Origin: Gemmatimonadaceae bacterium
GTDB taxonomy: Bacteria > Gemmatimonadota > Gemmatimonadetes > Gemmatimonadales > Gemmatimonadaceae
Reading direction: 5' to 3'
DNA length: 64,000 bases
NCBI GenBank assembly: GCA_051859245.1
Contig: JBHYGA010000001.1
Location: forward strand, 480,001-544,000
Shown in pieces: positions 49,574-58,352 of the stretch. The position numbers and the translations under genes are program-made. Position 1 is the first letter of the stretch, and each line of letters begins with the position of its first letter. The notes beneath the pieces were generated by a model. The model saw only the letters and a list, made by a program, of their open reading frames with translations, was not told where the DNA came from and ran no database searches.

Positions 49574-50026
49574 ATGAGCGCGATTTCTCGGCAGCTCACT
49601 GCGCGCATTGTGGCGCCTTACCTCTTGTGCCTCTGCCTTCCGCTTTCTGTGGAGGCGCAGCGAACTGGGCATCCGCCGCTTCCGGCGGAGGTTCTGAAAC
49701 AGGCCGAGGGAGCGTACTATGCCCCACGAGATCAATCGCATCGACGAGCGTGCATGCTGAAGGCGGTCAGCCGGGGGCTGGAGTTAAAACCTGCACAGCT
49801 GGCAGGGTTTGTTGACGCGATCGCTGTATATGCCGACACGACCAGTTCCCCACGCTCCCGTGCTGAAGTCATGCAACGTACCCGAGTTCGCGATTCCTCT
49901 CTCTTCGCTCTGGTGGCGACGAGAAAGGACTCGTTGGCGCTCAAGCGAAGTATTGGAACTGAGGAGGCTTGGTGGCGTGCCGGCAACTGCAACGGAAGAC
50001 TCGTTTCGCGTGATGCGCCACCGTGA
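49574..50026 (+). CDS. Secreted hypothetical protein (2 Cys in mature part)
   Basis: Signal peptide ending VEA-Q; RBS; operon position. Confidence 0.55.
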   Translation: MSAISRQLTARIVAPYLLCLCLPLSVEAQRTGHPPLPAEVLKQAEGAYYAPRDQSHRRACMLKAVSRGLELKPAQLAGFVDAIAVYADTTSSPRSRAEVMQRTRVRDSSLFALVATRKDSLALKRSIGTEEAWWRAGNCNGRLVSRDAPP

Positions 50027-50072
50027 TTTCAAGGCACGGCCCACATTGCATCGTGGCAGCCACTCTGTACTA

Positions 50073-51284
50073 GTGCGATGGTGTTCTATCACGCGTGGAT
50101 CTCGTGTTGTGCTGCTTGGTTCGCTGTTCTGGGGAGGCTGTGACGGGGCGTCTAGTGAATCGGGGTCTCTCCCGCTACTTCAGCTCGCGCCCGTTTCCGC
50201 AGAAAGTGTGGTCGGTTACACATCCATCACCAGCGTTCGAGAACTCGGTGACGGACGTGTTCTGGTGACTGACCCGCGCGAAGGACGCGTTGAAGTGCTG
50301 GACTTTTTTACTGGCACTGCCACTCCAGTCGGGCGGCGCGGCGCCGGTCCCGAAGAATGGTCGTCGGCAGTGGCGGTGTGGCCCTTGGGAACCGATTCGA
50401 GTCTACAGTCGGATCCGCTGGCTCGTCGCTGGGTGTTTTTTTCGGGAGACCGGGTAGCAGCAGTTCAAACTGGTGAGTCTCTGCCGAATGAGCTCGGGCG
50501 GATGCTGATATACGGCGCAGACTCGCTTGGGAATGTGCTGAGTTTTCATCAACCCGAGATTCGGGAGCTCGGTGCTTCTGCGGACTCAGCGTCAATCCTC
50601 ATCGTTCGTCGTGCTTCCGGTCGTGTCGATACCGTCGGTCGGCTTCTCAGCGCACCCGGCGTATTGGTCGGATCAAACGTTAGAGCTGTGAGTCGACCCG
50701 CGCTCGCGGTCGGTGAGCAAGCTGCAATGTTCGTCGACGGCTGGATCGCTATTCTGCGATTACGCCCGTATCGCGTTGATTGGAGATCTCCGGACGGCAG
50801 CGAGTTGCGTGGTGCCCCGGTTGAAGTCACCGATCCCCCACTCACAGAGTCCGATCGCAGTCTCTACATTCGCGACCATCAGACGTTTATTGCGTCAGTC
50901 GACAAGATGCCGCCCGGAATGCGTGACCTCGCGCGTCGGGCGGTCTCTGATTTCCCTTCGACGCTGCCTCCTGTGCAACCTTTCGCTTTGGTCGCCGGCG
51001 GAGACGGGCTGTTGTATGTTCGTCGGACTAAGTCCGCTGACCTGCCGATGCCGATTCTCGACGTCGTAGACCGATCAGGCGTTCGTTGTGCACGCATTCA
51101 GCTTGCTGTGGGGGAGCGGCTGCAGAGCGTGACCCAGCGTTGGATGTATGTAGTGGTTATTGATGAAGACAACGTCGAGCGTGTTCGTCGCTACGAAAAT
51201 GTTGCCTCGGCCGCCGCGAATAGTTCGCCGCTCACGAGTCATCAATCAAACCACCCATGCACAAACCACCGTCCCATCTCCTGA
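50073..51284 (+). CDS. 6-bladed beta-propeller lipoprotein
   Basis: WGGC lipobox; VRELGDGRVLVTD, VGRRGAGPEEW, DGLLYV, DEDNVERVRRY; start uncertain. Confidence 0.75.
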   Translation: MRWCSITRGSRVVLLGSLFWGGCDGASSESGSLPLLQLAPVSAESVVGYTSITSVRELGDGRVLVTDPREGRVEVLDFFTGTATPVGRRGAGPEEWSSAVAVWPLGTDSSLQSDPLARRWVFFSGDRVAAVQTGESLPNELGRMLIYGADSLGNVLSFHQPEIRELGASADSASILIVRRASGRVDTVGRLLSAPGVLVGSNVRAVSRPALAVGEQAAMFVDGWIAILRLRPYRVDWRSPDGSELRGAPVEVTDPPLTESDRSLYIRDHQTFIASVDKMPPGMRDLARRAVSDFPSTLPPVQPFALVAGGDGLLYVRRTKSADLPMPILDVVDRSGVRCARIQLAVGERLQSVTQRWMYVVVIDEDNVERVRRYENVASAAANSSPLTSHQSNHPCTNHRPIS

Positions 51285-52963
51285 TACAACAACAAGTCGC
51301 CTTCACCATCGGCCACACACCGCCAGTAATCGCGCGCGAACGCATCCGCACGCCACCAGTCGCCGGTGAGTCGCTCGGGACCACTCGCGTGTGACACCAC
51401 CACGCGGCGCTGCTGCCACGCCACCGCACTCGGCGCACCATGCACGCCACATTCTACCGTGACGGGATCCGGCGTCTCAAGTAAACGCAACGCGGCGTGA
51501 TCGAGTGACGATGCTGCACGCGGTGTCTCATCATCACGCGACGTCACATCCTCACGCGTCGCACGCTCGGCTAACGTCCACGCATCTGCGCGCGTCCACA
51601 CACCGGCGCGATCATACCGGTGCGCATCTTGGCTTTCCGGATGCACCACCACATCACCGCGTCCGTCCGGATCAAGCGCCGCCGCCAATCGCGCAATCGC
51701 CGCTTCAACACTCGCCGCGGCATCACGCCACGACGGTTCAAGCAAATCCCCTTGATCTGCAGCAAGTGGTGCAGTGGCGGGAATGTGCACGGTCACACCA
51801 GTCACAGCCGCCGACCGTATCCATCGCTCAAGCAACGAGCGACACTGTTCAACAAGAGGTTCAACACGCGCAAGCGGACGAGCAGGACGCACTTCGCGCG
51901 TAATGCTGCGCGTCGCACGATCCCATCCGTCGAGACGCTGCGCATCGGCGCCGACAATCGCTTCGAGATGCGCGTCCGTATTCTGACGCGCCACATCAAG
52001 CTCCAGCGTAATCGCCACCGACGCCGCTGATCGTCCGTCACGCACGAGATCGTGCACCAGACGTTCAAGCGCCGCGCGCACAAGAAATCCAACTGGCGTC
52101 ACAGTCTGCGCCGGTGTCGCCAACTCGGCGTGCACCGCGCGTGGTGCATCAACACGCACAAGTCCCGGACGACGCGGATCAATACCGCGCGCGAGTTTCC
52201 AACTGGCTAGACCGGTGGCACCCCAACGCGCTTCTACATCACCAGACGCCAGCGCCGCAAACGCACCGAGTGTGCGAATGCCGAGTGCGCTCAGTGCAGT
52301 GCGCACATCCGCGTCCATGGGAATCAAACCCAGCGGAGCGGGAGCCAGATACGCCGCACACCCACCACTCGGCACAATCGTACTGGCACTGCCACGCGGA
52401 GGATTCCACGTCGCCGCGCGCGCTGACACACACGAATCCGCAATCGCCACACGCGCATCTGGATGCCAGCGGCGCGCAATTGTGAGCAACAACTCGAGCA
52501 ACGCGTCTTCACCACCGGGTCGATTGGCAAAACCATTCGCACCAATCCACCACGTGCCTGCGGCACCCGCGGCCGGCGTGACCTGCGGACTGGCCGCCAG
52601 AAATGACGCCGTGGTTTCGGTAATCGCACGCGTGATCGTGTCATGATCCCACTCGCGCACATCAAGCGTCGCACACCGCGCCCGCGCTTCGGTCACGCGC
52701 ATTCCCGCCGTGACGCCAGCCCGCGCCGCCGCCACCGACACGGCCTTGAGCCGCTGTCCCTCCATGAGCGCCCGCGGAGCCGTATCCCAATGGGCAGCCG
52801 GCGCCGCCAGCACCGTTTCCGCCGGCCCCATCGCCAGCGCCAACGTGAGCTGCACCGGCGCCGCACCCACCGGTACCGGCGCATTCCGCCACACCGCCCC
52901 AAGAGGGAAGCGCGGAATGCGAACACAGGCAATTCGCCAGGGGGAAGGGGCAGGGGAAGTCAT
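51242..52963 (-). CDS. imuB: ImuB-like inactive Y-family polymerase
   Basis: IACVRIPRFPL, AARAGVTAGM..ARA, LGIRTLG, GPERLTGDWW..RDYW..W..HGWFD; lacks catalytic DxD. Confidence 0.85.
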   Translation of the reverse strand: MTSPAPSPWRIACVRIPRFPLGAVWRNAPVPVGAAPVQLTLALAMGPAETVLAAPAAHWDTAPRALMEGQRLKAVSVAAARAGVTAGMRVTEARARCATLDVREWDHDTITRAITETTASFLAASPQVTPAAGAAGTWWIGANGFANRPGGEDALLELLLTIARRWHPDARVAIADSCVSARAATWNPPRGSASTIVPSGGCAAYLAPAPLGLIPMDADVRTALSALGIRTLGAFAALASGDVEARWGATGLASWKLARGIDPRRPGLVRVDAPRAVHAELATPAQTVTPVGFLVRAALERLVHDLVRDGRSAASVAITLELDVARQNTDAHLEAIVGADAQRLDGWDRATRSITREVRPARPLARVEPLVEQCRSLLERWIRSAAVTGVTVHIPATAPLAADQGDLLEPSWRDAAASVEAAIARLAAALDPDGRGDVVVHPESQDAHRYDRAGVWTRADAWTLAERATREDVTSRDDETPRAASSLDHAALRLLETPDPVTVECGVHGAPSAVAWQQRRVVVSHASGPERLTGDWWRADAFARDYWRCVADGEGDLLLYQEMGRWFVHGWFD

Positions 52964-52976
52964 TATCAGGTTCGTT

Positions 52977-52995
52977 ATACCGAATAAATACCGAA
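52977..52995 (-). promoter_or_regulatory. Direct-repeat operator ATACCGAA-N3-ATACCGAA over the imuB promoter
   Basis: 11-bp period; overlaps a TATAAC -10-like hexamer upstream of ATG 52963. Confidence 0.55.
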
Positions 52996-53021
52996 AACAA
53001 ACCCCGCCGTCCAGCACGCAG

Positions 53022-53053
53022 TTCCTCCGTGCCTCCGTGTCCCCGTGGTAAAA
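53022..53053 (-). repeat. REP-like CACGGAG/CACGGGG heptad-type element
   Basis: TTTTACCACGGGGACACGGAGGCACGGAGG, intergenic. Confidence 0.45.
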
Positions 53054-53112
53054 GCAGTTGCCGTTCGGATCTCTGTCTTGACATCTGATGCGTGATGCGT
53101 GATGTTTCCACC

Positions 53113-53340
53113 GTGCGCACCACGCTAACTCTGGACGACGACATTCTCGACGCGGCCAAAGCAATCGCCGCCGCCCGAGGCGTCTCCATTGGCGAGGTGA
53201 TCTCTGAACTGGTCCGTACGGCGCTGTCGACTCCCACCCAGCGGAGCACGCGCAACGGTATCACGCTTTTCCCGGCGCGAGCGGGCGCCGGACGCGTGAC
53301 GCCCGACATCGTACGCACCTTGCTCGATGAGTCCGCGTAA
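53113..53340 (+). CDS. VapB-like RHH antitoxin
   Basis: MRTTLTLDDDIL..SIGEVISELVR; TTGACA and TGATGCG repeats upstream. Confidence 0.85.
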   Translation: MRTTLTLDDDILDAAKAIAAARGVSIGEVISELVRTALSTPTQRSTRNGITLFPARAGAGRVTPDIVRTLLDESA

Positions 53341-53788
53341 GGGGCGGCATATTCGCCGCGCTCTGCTCGATGTAAACACGGTGCTGGCGCTGCTCGACCC
53401 GCAGCACGTGTTTCACGACGCCGCGCACAGCTGGGCCGCCTCCAATCCTGAGGCGCGCTGGCTCACTTGCCCACTGGTGCAAAACGGTGTGCTGCGCGTC
53501 GTCGGCAACCCCGCCTATCCCAACCACCTCGGCAGCGTTACCGCCGCGCGCGAAGTGCTCGCCGCGTTCTGCGCATCACCACGCCACGAGTTCGTGCCCG
53601 ACAACATTTCGTTGCTCGACGCCGATCGTGTGCGTGATGCGACCATGCTCACGCCATCGCGCGTGAACGATTTATATCTGCTCGCGCTGGCGATCGCGCA
53701 TGACGCGCAGCTCGCGACGTTTGATCGCAAGTTGCCGGCCGATGCGATTCACGGTGGACGTGAGGCGGTGCAGTTAATCGACGCGTGA
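53327..53788 (+). CDS. vapC: VapC-family PIN ribonuclease toxin
   Basis: ALLDVNTVLALL..H..H, NDLYLLALA..LATFD. Confidence 0.9.
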   Translation: MSPRKGRHIRRALLDVNTVLALLDPQHVFHDAAHSWAASNPEARWLTCPLVQNGVLRVVGNPAYPNHLGSVTAAREVLAAFCASPRHEFVPDNISLLDADRVRDATMLTPSRVNDLYLLALAIAHDAQLATFDRKLPADAIHGGREAVQLIDA

Positions 53789-53800
53789 GCTAACGCCGCA

Positions 53801-55096
53801 TTACCGAACAACGTCAAAGTGCGCCATCATGCCAGCGGCGTGGTGTTCGAGGATATGACAGTGGTACATCCAACCACCGGGTCGATCATCCGGGAGCCAG
53901 GCAATTCGCACGCTCCCGAATGATGGCACGTTTACTGTGTCCTCCCACGACAGTCTGTCGGTCGGTATGCCATTGACCGCCAACACCTGAAAGAAGAAGC
54001 CGTGCAAGTGGAACGGATGATGAATCGGTGAGCGATTCAACACATCCCAAACCTGCAACTCTCCGACCCGAACCGGATCGGCGTGGTGATGCTGCTCGCG
54101 ATTGATGTTGAACTCAGCGCCGTGCTTCATGCCGAGGCTGAAGCCGAGACGCACCTCGCGAGTAGGTGTGACAGGTCCCGTCACGAGCGGCTCGATCGTG
54201 CGCAGCGGATTCGGAACTTGCGCAAGCGAAGGCGCGCGCGCGCCAAGCTTCAGTGTAGCGAAGCGCTCCGGCCTGCGGTGAGACTTGAATGAACCGCGAT
54301 CGAACGGCAGCGTCTCGATGCGAAACGTGTCACCCTCTGCGAACGGGCCGACGGCGATCTCCGTACGATTCGCGGTGCAGAGGAGGACTTCGGTCGCGAT
54401 CACTGGCGAAGGAATCAATCCACCTCCGCTACCGATGATCTGGAACGGCTGGCCGCCCACCGAGAGCCGTACATAGCGTGCGCTGGAAGCATTCACGATT
54501 CTCCATCGCTCAATTTGGCCAGCCGCCATGTGGATCACCGGCTCGTGTTGGCCGTTCACAAGACGGGTGCTTCCCTCGCGTCCGTCATGCGATTCAAGCC
54601 ACCACCCGGGTGACTTGATGGCGCCGTCTTTCTCAAGCTCCACGTCGTCGAACACGAACGTCCGGTCGGCATCGAACACCGGTTCGTCGGCCGCACGCAC
54701 GATGACTGCGCCGTAGAGCCCGCGTTCCAACTGCACCGTTTCATTGAAGTGCGAGTGGTACCAGAACGTGCCGGCGTCAGGCACACGAAATCGGTACGTG
54801 AACGTCTCGCCCGGGAACACCGGGCGTTGGGACCGCTCCGTACCGTCCATGTCTGCCGGAATCCGGAGCCCGTGCCAATGCACCACCGTAGGCTCGGGAA
54901 GACGATTGACGAAGCGGATCTCAAGTACATCACCAACCTGCGCCTCGATGGTGGGGCCCGGCACCTGCCCGCCAAACGCCCAGGCCCGAGTTCGCTGACC
55001 GGGCACGAACTCCCAGTCGATTTCACAGGCCTCAAGCTCAACGATCACGACTTCGCGTCCCGCATCCGGCTCCGCAGACTCCAGTGCACTGTACAT
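53801..55096 (-). CDS. Multicopper oxidase
   Basis: HWHG, WYHSH, HPFHLHG, HCHILEH...M. Confidence 0.95.
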   Translation of the reverse strand: MYSALESAEPDAGREVVIVELEACEIDWEFVPGQRTRAWAFGGQVPGPTIEAQVGDVLEIRFVNRLPEPTVVHWHGLRIPADMDGTERSQRPVFPGETFTYRFRVPDAGTFWYHSHFNETVQLERGLYGAVIVRAADEPVFDADRTFVFDDVELEKDGAIKSPGWWLESHDGREGSTRLVNGQHEPVIHMAAGQIERWRIVNASSARYVRLSVGGQPFQIIGSGGGLIPSPVIATEVLLCTANRTEIAVGPFAEGDTFRIETLPFDRGSFKSHRRPERFATLKLGARAPSLAQVPNPLRTIEPLVTGPVTPTREVRLGFSLGMKHGAEFNINREQHHHADPVRVGELQVWDVLNRSPIHHPFHLHGFFFQVLAVNGIPTDRLSWEDTVNVPSFGSVRIAWLPDDRPGGWMYHCHILEHHAAGMMAHFDVVR

Positions 55097-55097
55097 G

Positions 55098-55703
55098 CTA
55101 CAGTCCCACGCCGAAACGCAGACCCACGAACGTCGCGCTGAACTCCGAGAGTCCGCCCCGCTGCTTCTCACCGAAGACGTTGACCTGCTTCACGAACATG
55201 CCAATCTCGTACTGTCGCAACCGACGCCCCACGTCGACGTACGGCGCGAGAAACGCACCGTTGCCCTTGAAGAAGGAACCCGTCGCTGCTCCTTCCGTTG
55301 GCGCCGCACCTTCGCGAGCCATCGCGTTCACGATGAGCCCACCACCGTGTACGCCGCCCGAAATAAACCAGGACTTCCCGTACGAGAGTTCGATGACCGG
55401 GCCTGCGGCTTGATAGTTCATCGACGTGACGGCGTTCTTATCGGAGTTGGCAACGAGCGTCTCAACACCGATCCGCAGAAACGGCTTCACTTTGTACATC
55501 AAGAAAAACCCGGACATGTGCGGGCCCTCAGGGCCGTCCGGTGCGAGATCGTCGAACGCGGGATCGAGACCTGATAACTCCATCGTGCCCGTGATCAGCG
55601 CCGAACGAATTCCTGCGACGTACTTGCGATCGCGTTCCTGCGCCGCTGCCATCGACGGCAGCATGGCCGCCAGAATCACGAGCAAACCAATTTTCTTGAA
55701 CAT
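55098..55703 (-). CDS. Putative outer-membrane beta-barrel protein
   Basis: Signal peptide; alternating strands; C-terminal FVGLRFGVGL. Confidence 0.65.
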   Translation of the reverse strand: MFKKIGLLVILAAMLPSMAAAQERDRKYVAGIRSALITGTMELSGLDPAFDDLAPDGPEGPHMSGFFLMYKVKPFLRIGVETLVANSDKNAVTSMNYQAAGPVIELSYGKSWFISGGVHGGGLIVNAMAREGAAPTEGAATGSFFKGNGAFLAPYVDVGRRLRQYEIGMFVKQVNVFGEKQRGGLSEFSATFVGLRFGVGL

Positions 55704-55706
55704 GTT

Positions 55707-56756
55707 TCACCTTTTGATTGAGTGTGTACGATTGCCTGTTTGGCGAACCACTTCCTGCACTGCAAGCACTACTGCATCGGGTCGATCGAACTGCACGTAG
55801 TGCGACGCGTCCTGCAACAGCACATGCTGACCATTCGAGGACCACGTCGAACGCTCCTCCTGCATCGCGATCCATTCCATCCGCATTCGTTCTCCCTGGT
55901 CCGCGGTCATTCCCATGAGCTCGAGCGTGGCGCCCGAAGTCGGTGCTGCGGCGGTGAGCACCACGAGCGGGAGATCGCCAAGCGCGCGGAACGCGCGGGT
56001 GTCATCGAAGGTCGCACGCAATCCCTGCAACTCTGACGCGAGTGCCGAAAGCGACACGGGCAGATGTGCGTCCGCGATTCTGCGCACGAGTTTCGGCGCT
56101 GCGCGCGGATCTGTACTCGGCGGCAGCATTCGCAGAATGCCCGTTCGTGAAAGCCGCGCTCCGACAGAGACAGAACCCGTCGCTGGCATCATGCCGACGC
56201 CAGTGACGGTCTCAAGGCGAGTGATCTGATCTGGATGCGATGCGTCAACGAGTACGAGGCCCACAACATCCACACCGAACCGTCTGATGAACTCGGTCGC
56301 GTAGAGTCCACCGATCGAGTGCGCGACGAGCACGAAGGGTGCGCGCTCATGCGCGTTCTCGAGTGTTGCGCGAAGGTCAGACACAATCGCCGCGACACTG
56401 AGCTGTTTGTCAGACGGTTCGCTCCAGAGAATTCCCGCGCGGCTATACGCACAAACGCGCGTCGTCGCGGCCAACGAATCGTGAACCAGTGCCCAGGAGA
56501 GTGAGCCGAGCACGTCGAGACCGGATTCGAGAACAACTGTGGGAGAACCAGTGCCCCGGCAGTCGAGCTGGATGCTGCGTCCACCGATGTCCACGAGCCG
56601 ACCAGGCACCGGGAACTGATTGGCGACTCGCCGCCGGATCACTTCCTCTGATCCGGCTCCGACGAGGATCGCAAGGGCCACGAGTGCAACAAGACCCTGA
56701 ACCATATTTCGAAACCCGCGCATCAAGAGAACGGCTCTCGTTTGCGTTGCCGTCAC
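55707..56756 (-). CDS. Alpha/beta hydrolase
   Basis: PTVVLESGL, YSRAG, AHSIGG, SHYVQFDRPD. Confidence 0.88.
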   Translation of the reverse strand: MTATQTRAVLLMRGFRNMVQGLVALVALAILVGAGSEEVIRRRVANQFPVPGRLVDIGGRSIQLDCRGTGSPTVVLESGLDVLGSLSWALVHDSLAATTRVCAYSRAGILWSEPSDKQLSVAAIVSDLRATLENAHERAPFVLVAHSIGGLYATEFIRRFGVDVVGLVLVDASHPDQITRLETVTGVGMMPATGSVSVGARLSRTGILRMLPPSTDPRAAPKLVRRIADAHLPVSLSALASELQGLRATFDDTRAFRALGDLPLVVLTAAAPTSGATLELMGMTADQGERMRMEWIAMQEERSTWSSNGQHVLLQDASHYVQFDRPDAVVLAVQEVVRQTGNRTHSIKR

Positions 56757-57202
56757 GAGCCCGCCCTCGCGATCTGCTCAGCAATGCGAGACGCGTCACG
56801 ACCCGCGTCTTCGATCACGTAGAGGCCAGGGTCCCCTTCAACCCAGCGCAAGTCAAACGGCGTGTGAGCGCGACCCAGCGCGACGACGACGCTCGTCGCT
56901 TCGTATCGCAGCTCGTTAGCGAGGATCTCGAAGTGCTCGCCTGCGCGTCGCAGCGATTGCACCGTGACGCCGAGTCGCAGCGAGAGGTCGAAGTGTGCGA
57001 CATACGCAGCAAGCGATGCCGCGAGTTCGCGATTGTCCGCGACGAGTTCGGGTGCTGCCGGGAGCACTACGCCGGGGTCGAGCACGAGGTAGTCGACATC
57101 GCGCCCTTGCAACTCGTAGGCAGCGGCGAGTCCGGCTTGGCCACCGCCAATGATGATCGTTGCGTAGCGCTCGGTGCGCATGTTCGGAACGTCCTGCCGC
57201 AT
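56753..57202 (-). pseudogene. Shortened flavin-dependent oxidoreductase (probable internal deletions)
   Basis: IIIGGGQAGL N-terminus and GRDASRIA C-terminus within only 149 aa. Confidence 0.55.
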
Positions 57203-57258
57203 TGCGATTCCCCGTTGAAGTGACGCAGGGATAGTCGCATTGAACAGTGACCTCGCGA

Positions 57259-57314
57259 TTGAACGAGGGGGCTAACATTTGCGGCACGTCTGCCAGGTCA
57301 GCCGCTTCGTTCAA
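57259..57314. promoter_or_regulatory. Inverted pair of TTGAACGA-N3-GGCT boxes (putative AraC-family sites)
   Basis: TTGAACGAGGGGGCTA (+) and TTGAACGAAGCGGCTG (-) between divergent operons. Confidence 0.5.
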
Positions 57315-57377
57315 GCCACACAAGCGGGACGCTCGCATGCTTCAGCAGGGTAAAATGTCCTGCACAATGGAGACAAG

Positions 57378-58352
57378 ATGAAAGCTGCGATTTACGAGCG
57401 TTACGGCCCGCCTGAAGTGGTATCGATTCGCGATGTTGCGTCACCCTCACCGCGGCCGGGCGAAGTACTGATCAAGGTCCGCGCCACCACAGTATCCACC
57501 GGAGATTGGAGAGCGCGAAGCCTTGAAATGCCGCCAGGCTTCGGACCATTCGCACGTCTGGCGTTCGGTACTATCCGTCCGCGCCAGCCAATTCTCGGGA
57601 CGGAACTAGCAGGTGTGATCGATGCGATCGGAGATGGCGTCACTGCATTCAACGTTGGCGACGAAGTGTTCGCGTTCCTTGACGCGAAGATGGGGGCACA
57701 CGCGGAATATCGGTGCATCGCGGCAAACGGTCTTGTGGCGCACAAGCCAAAGAACCTCTCGTTTGAGCAGGCGGGCGCGCTCTCGTTTGGTGGAATGACT
57801 ATGATGAACTTTTTCCGGCGCGCCGCGCTCGCGCGTGGTGAGCGTGTACTCGTGAACGGCGCGTCGGGTAGCGTGGGCTCGGCCGCGGTGCAACTCGCGC
57901 GGCACTTCGGCGCAGACGTCACCGGAGTATGTAGCAACGTGAACGTCGAGCTGGTTCGCGCAATCGGTGCACATCACGTGATCGACTACACTGCGGAAGA
58001 CTTTGCGGGGAATGGCGAAACGTACGACGTGATTGTGGACACGGTCGGAAACGCGGCGTACCCACGGGCAAAACGATCGCTCGCGAAAGGTGGTCGTCTG
58101 CTGGGCGTGCTCGGATCATTCGGTGCGCTGCTTCGTGCTCCGCTTGCGGGAAAGGCTCGCGGGCATCGCGTGATCAACGGACCCGCCCTCGCGCGCGTTG
58201 ACGACTTCCATCGACTCGCCGCGATCGCAGCGCAGGGCGCGTTCACTCCGGTGATCGATCACGTCTTTCCGCTTGAACAGATCATTGACGCACACCACCG
58301 CGTCGAAACCGGTCGAAAGCGTGGCAGCGTCGTAGTAACCATCACGGCGTAG
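57378..58352 (+). CDS. MDR-family NAD(P)-dependent alcohol dehydrogenase / quinone oxidoreductase
   Basis: YGPPEV, VLVNGASGSVG, VIDYT, GRKRGSVV. Confidence 0.92.
   Translation: MKAAIYERYGPPEVVSIRDVASPSPRPGEVLIKVRATTVSTGDWRARSLEMPPGFGPFARLAFGTIRPRQPILGTELAGVIDAIGDGVTAFNVGDEVFAFLDAKMGAHAEYRCIAANGLVAHKPKNLSFEQAGALSFGGMTMMNFFRRAALARGERVLVNGASGSVGSAAVQLARHFGADVTGVCSNVNVELVRAIGAHHVIDYTAEDFAGNGETYDVIVDTVGNAAYPRAKRSLAKGGRLLGVLGSFGALLRAPLAGKARGHRVINGPALARVDDFHRLAAIAAQGAFTPVIDHVFPLEQIIDAHHRVETGRKRGSVVVTITA

Noticed and set aside
47536..51986. imuB duplication as a DGR template/variable repeat pair
   Set aside because: Differences are mostly synonymous and not adenine-specific, the repeat is ~0.75-0.8 kb, and there is no reverse transcriptase in the window.
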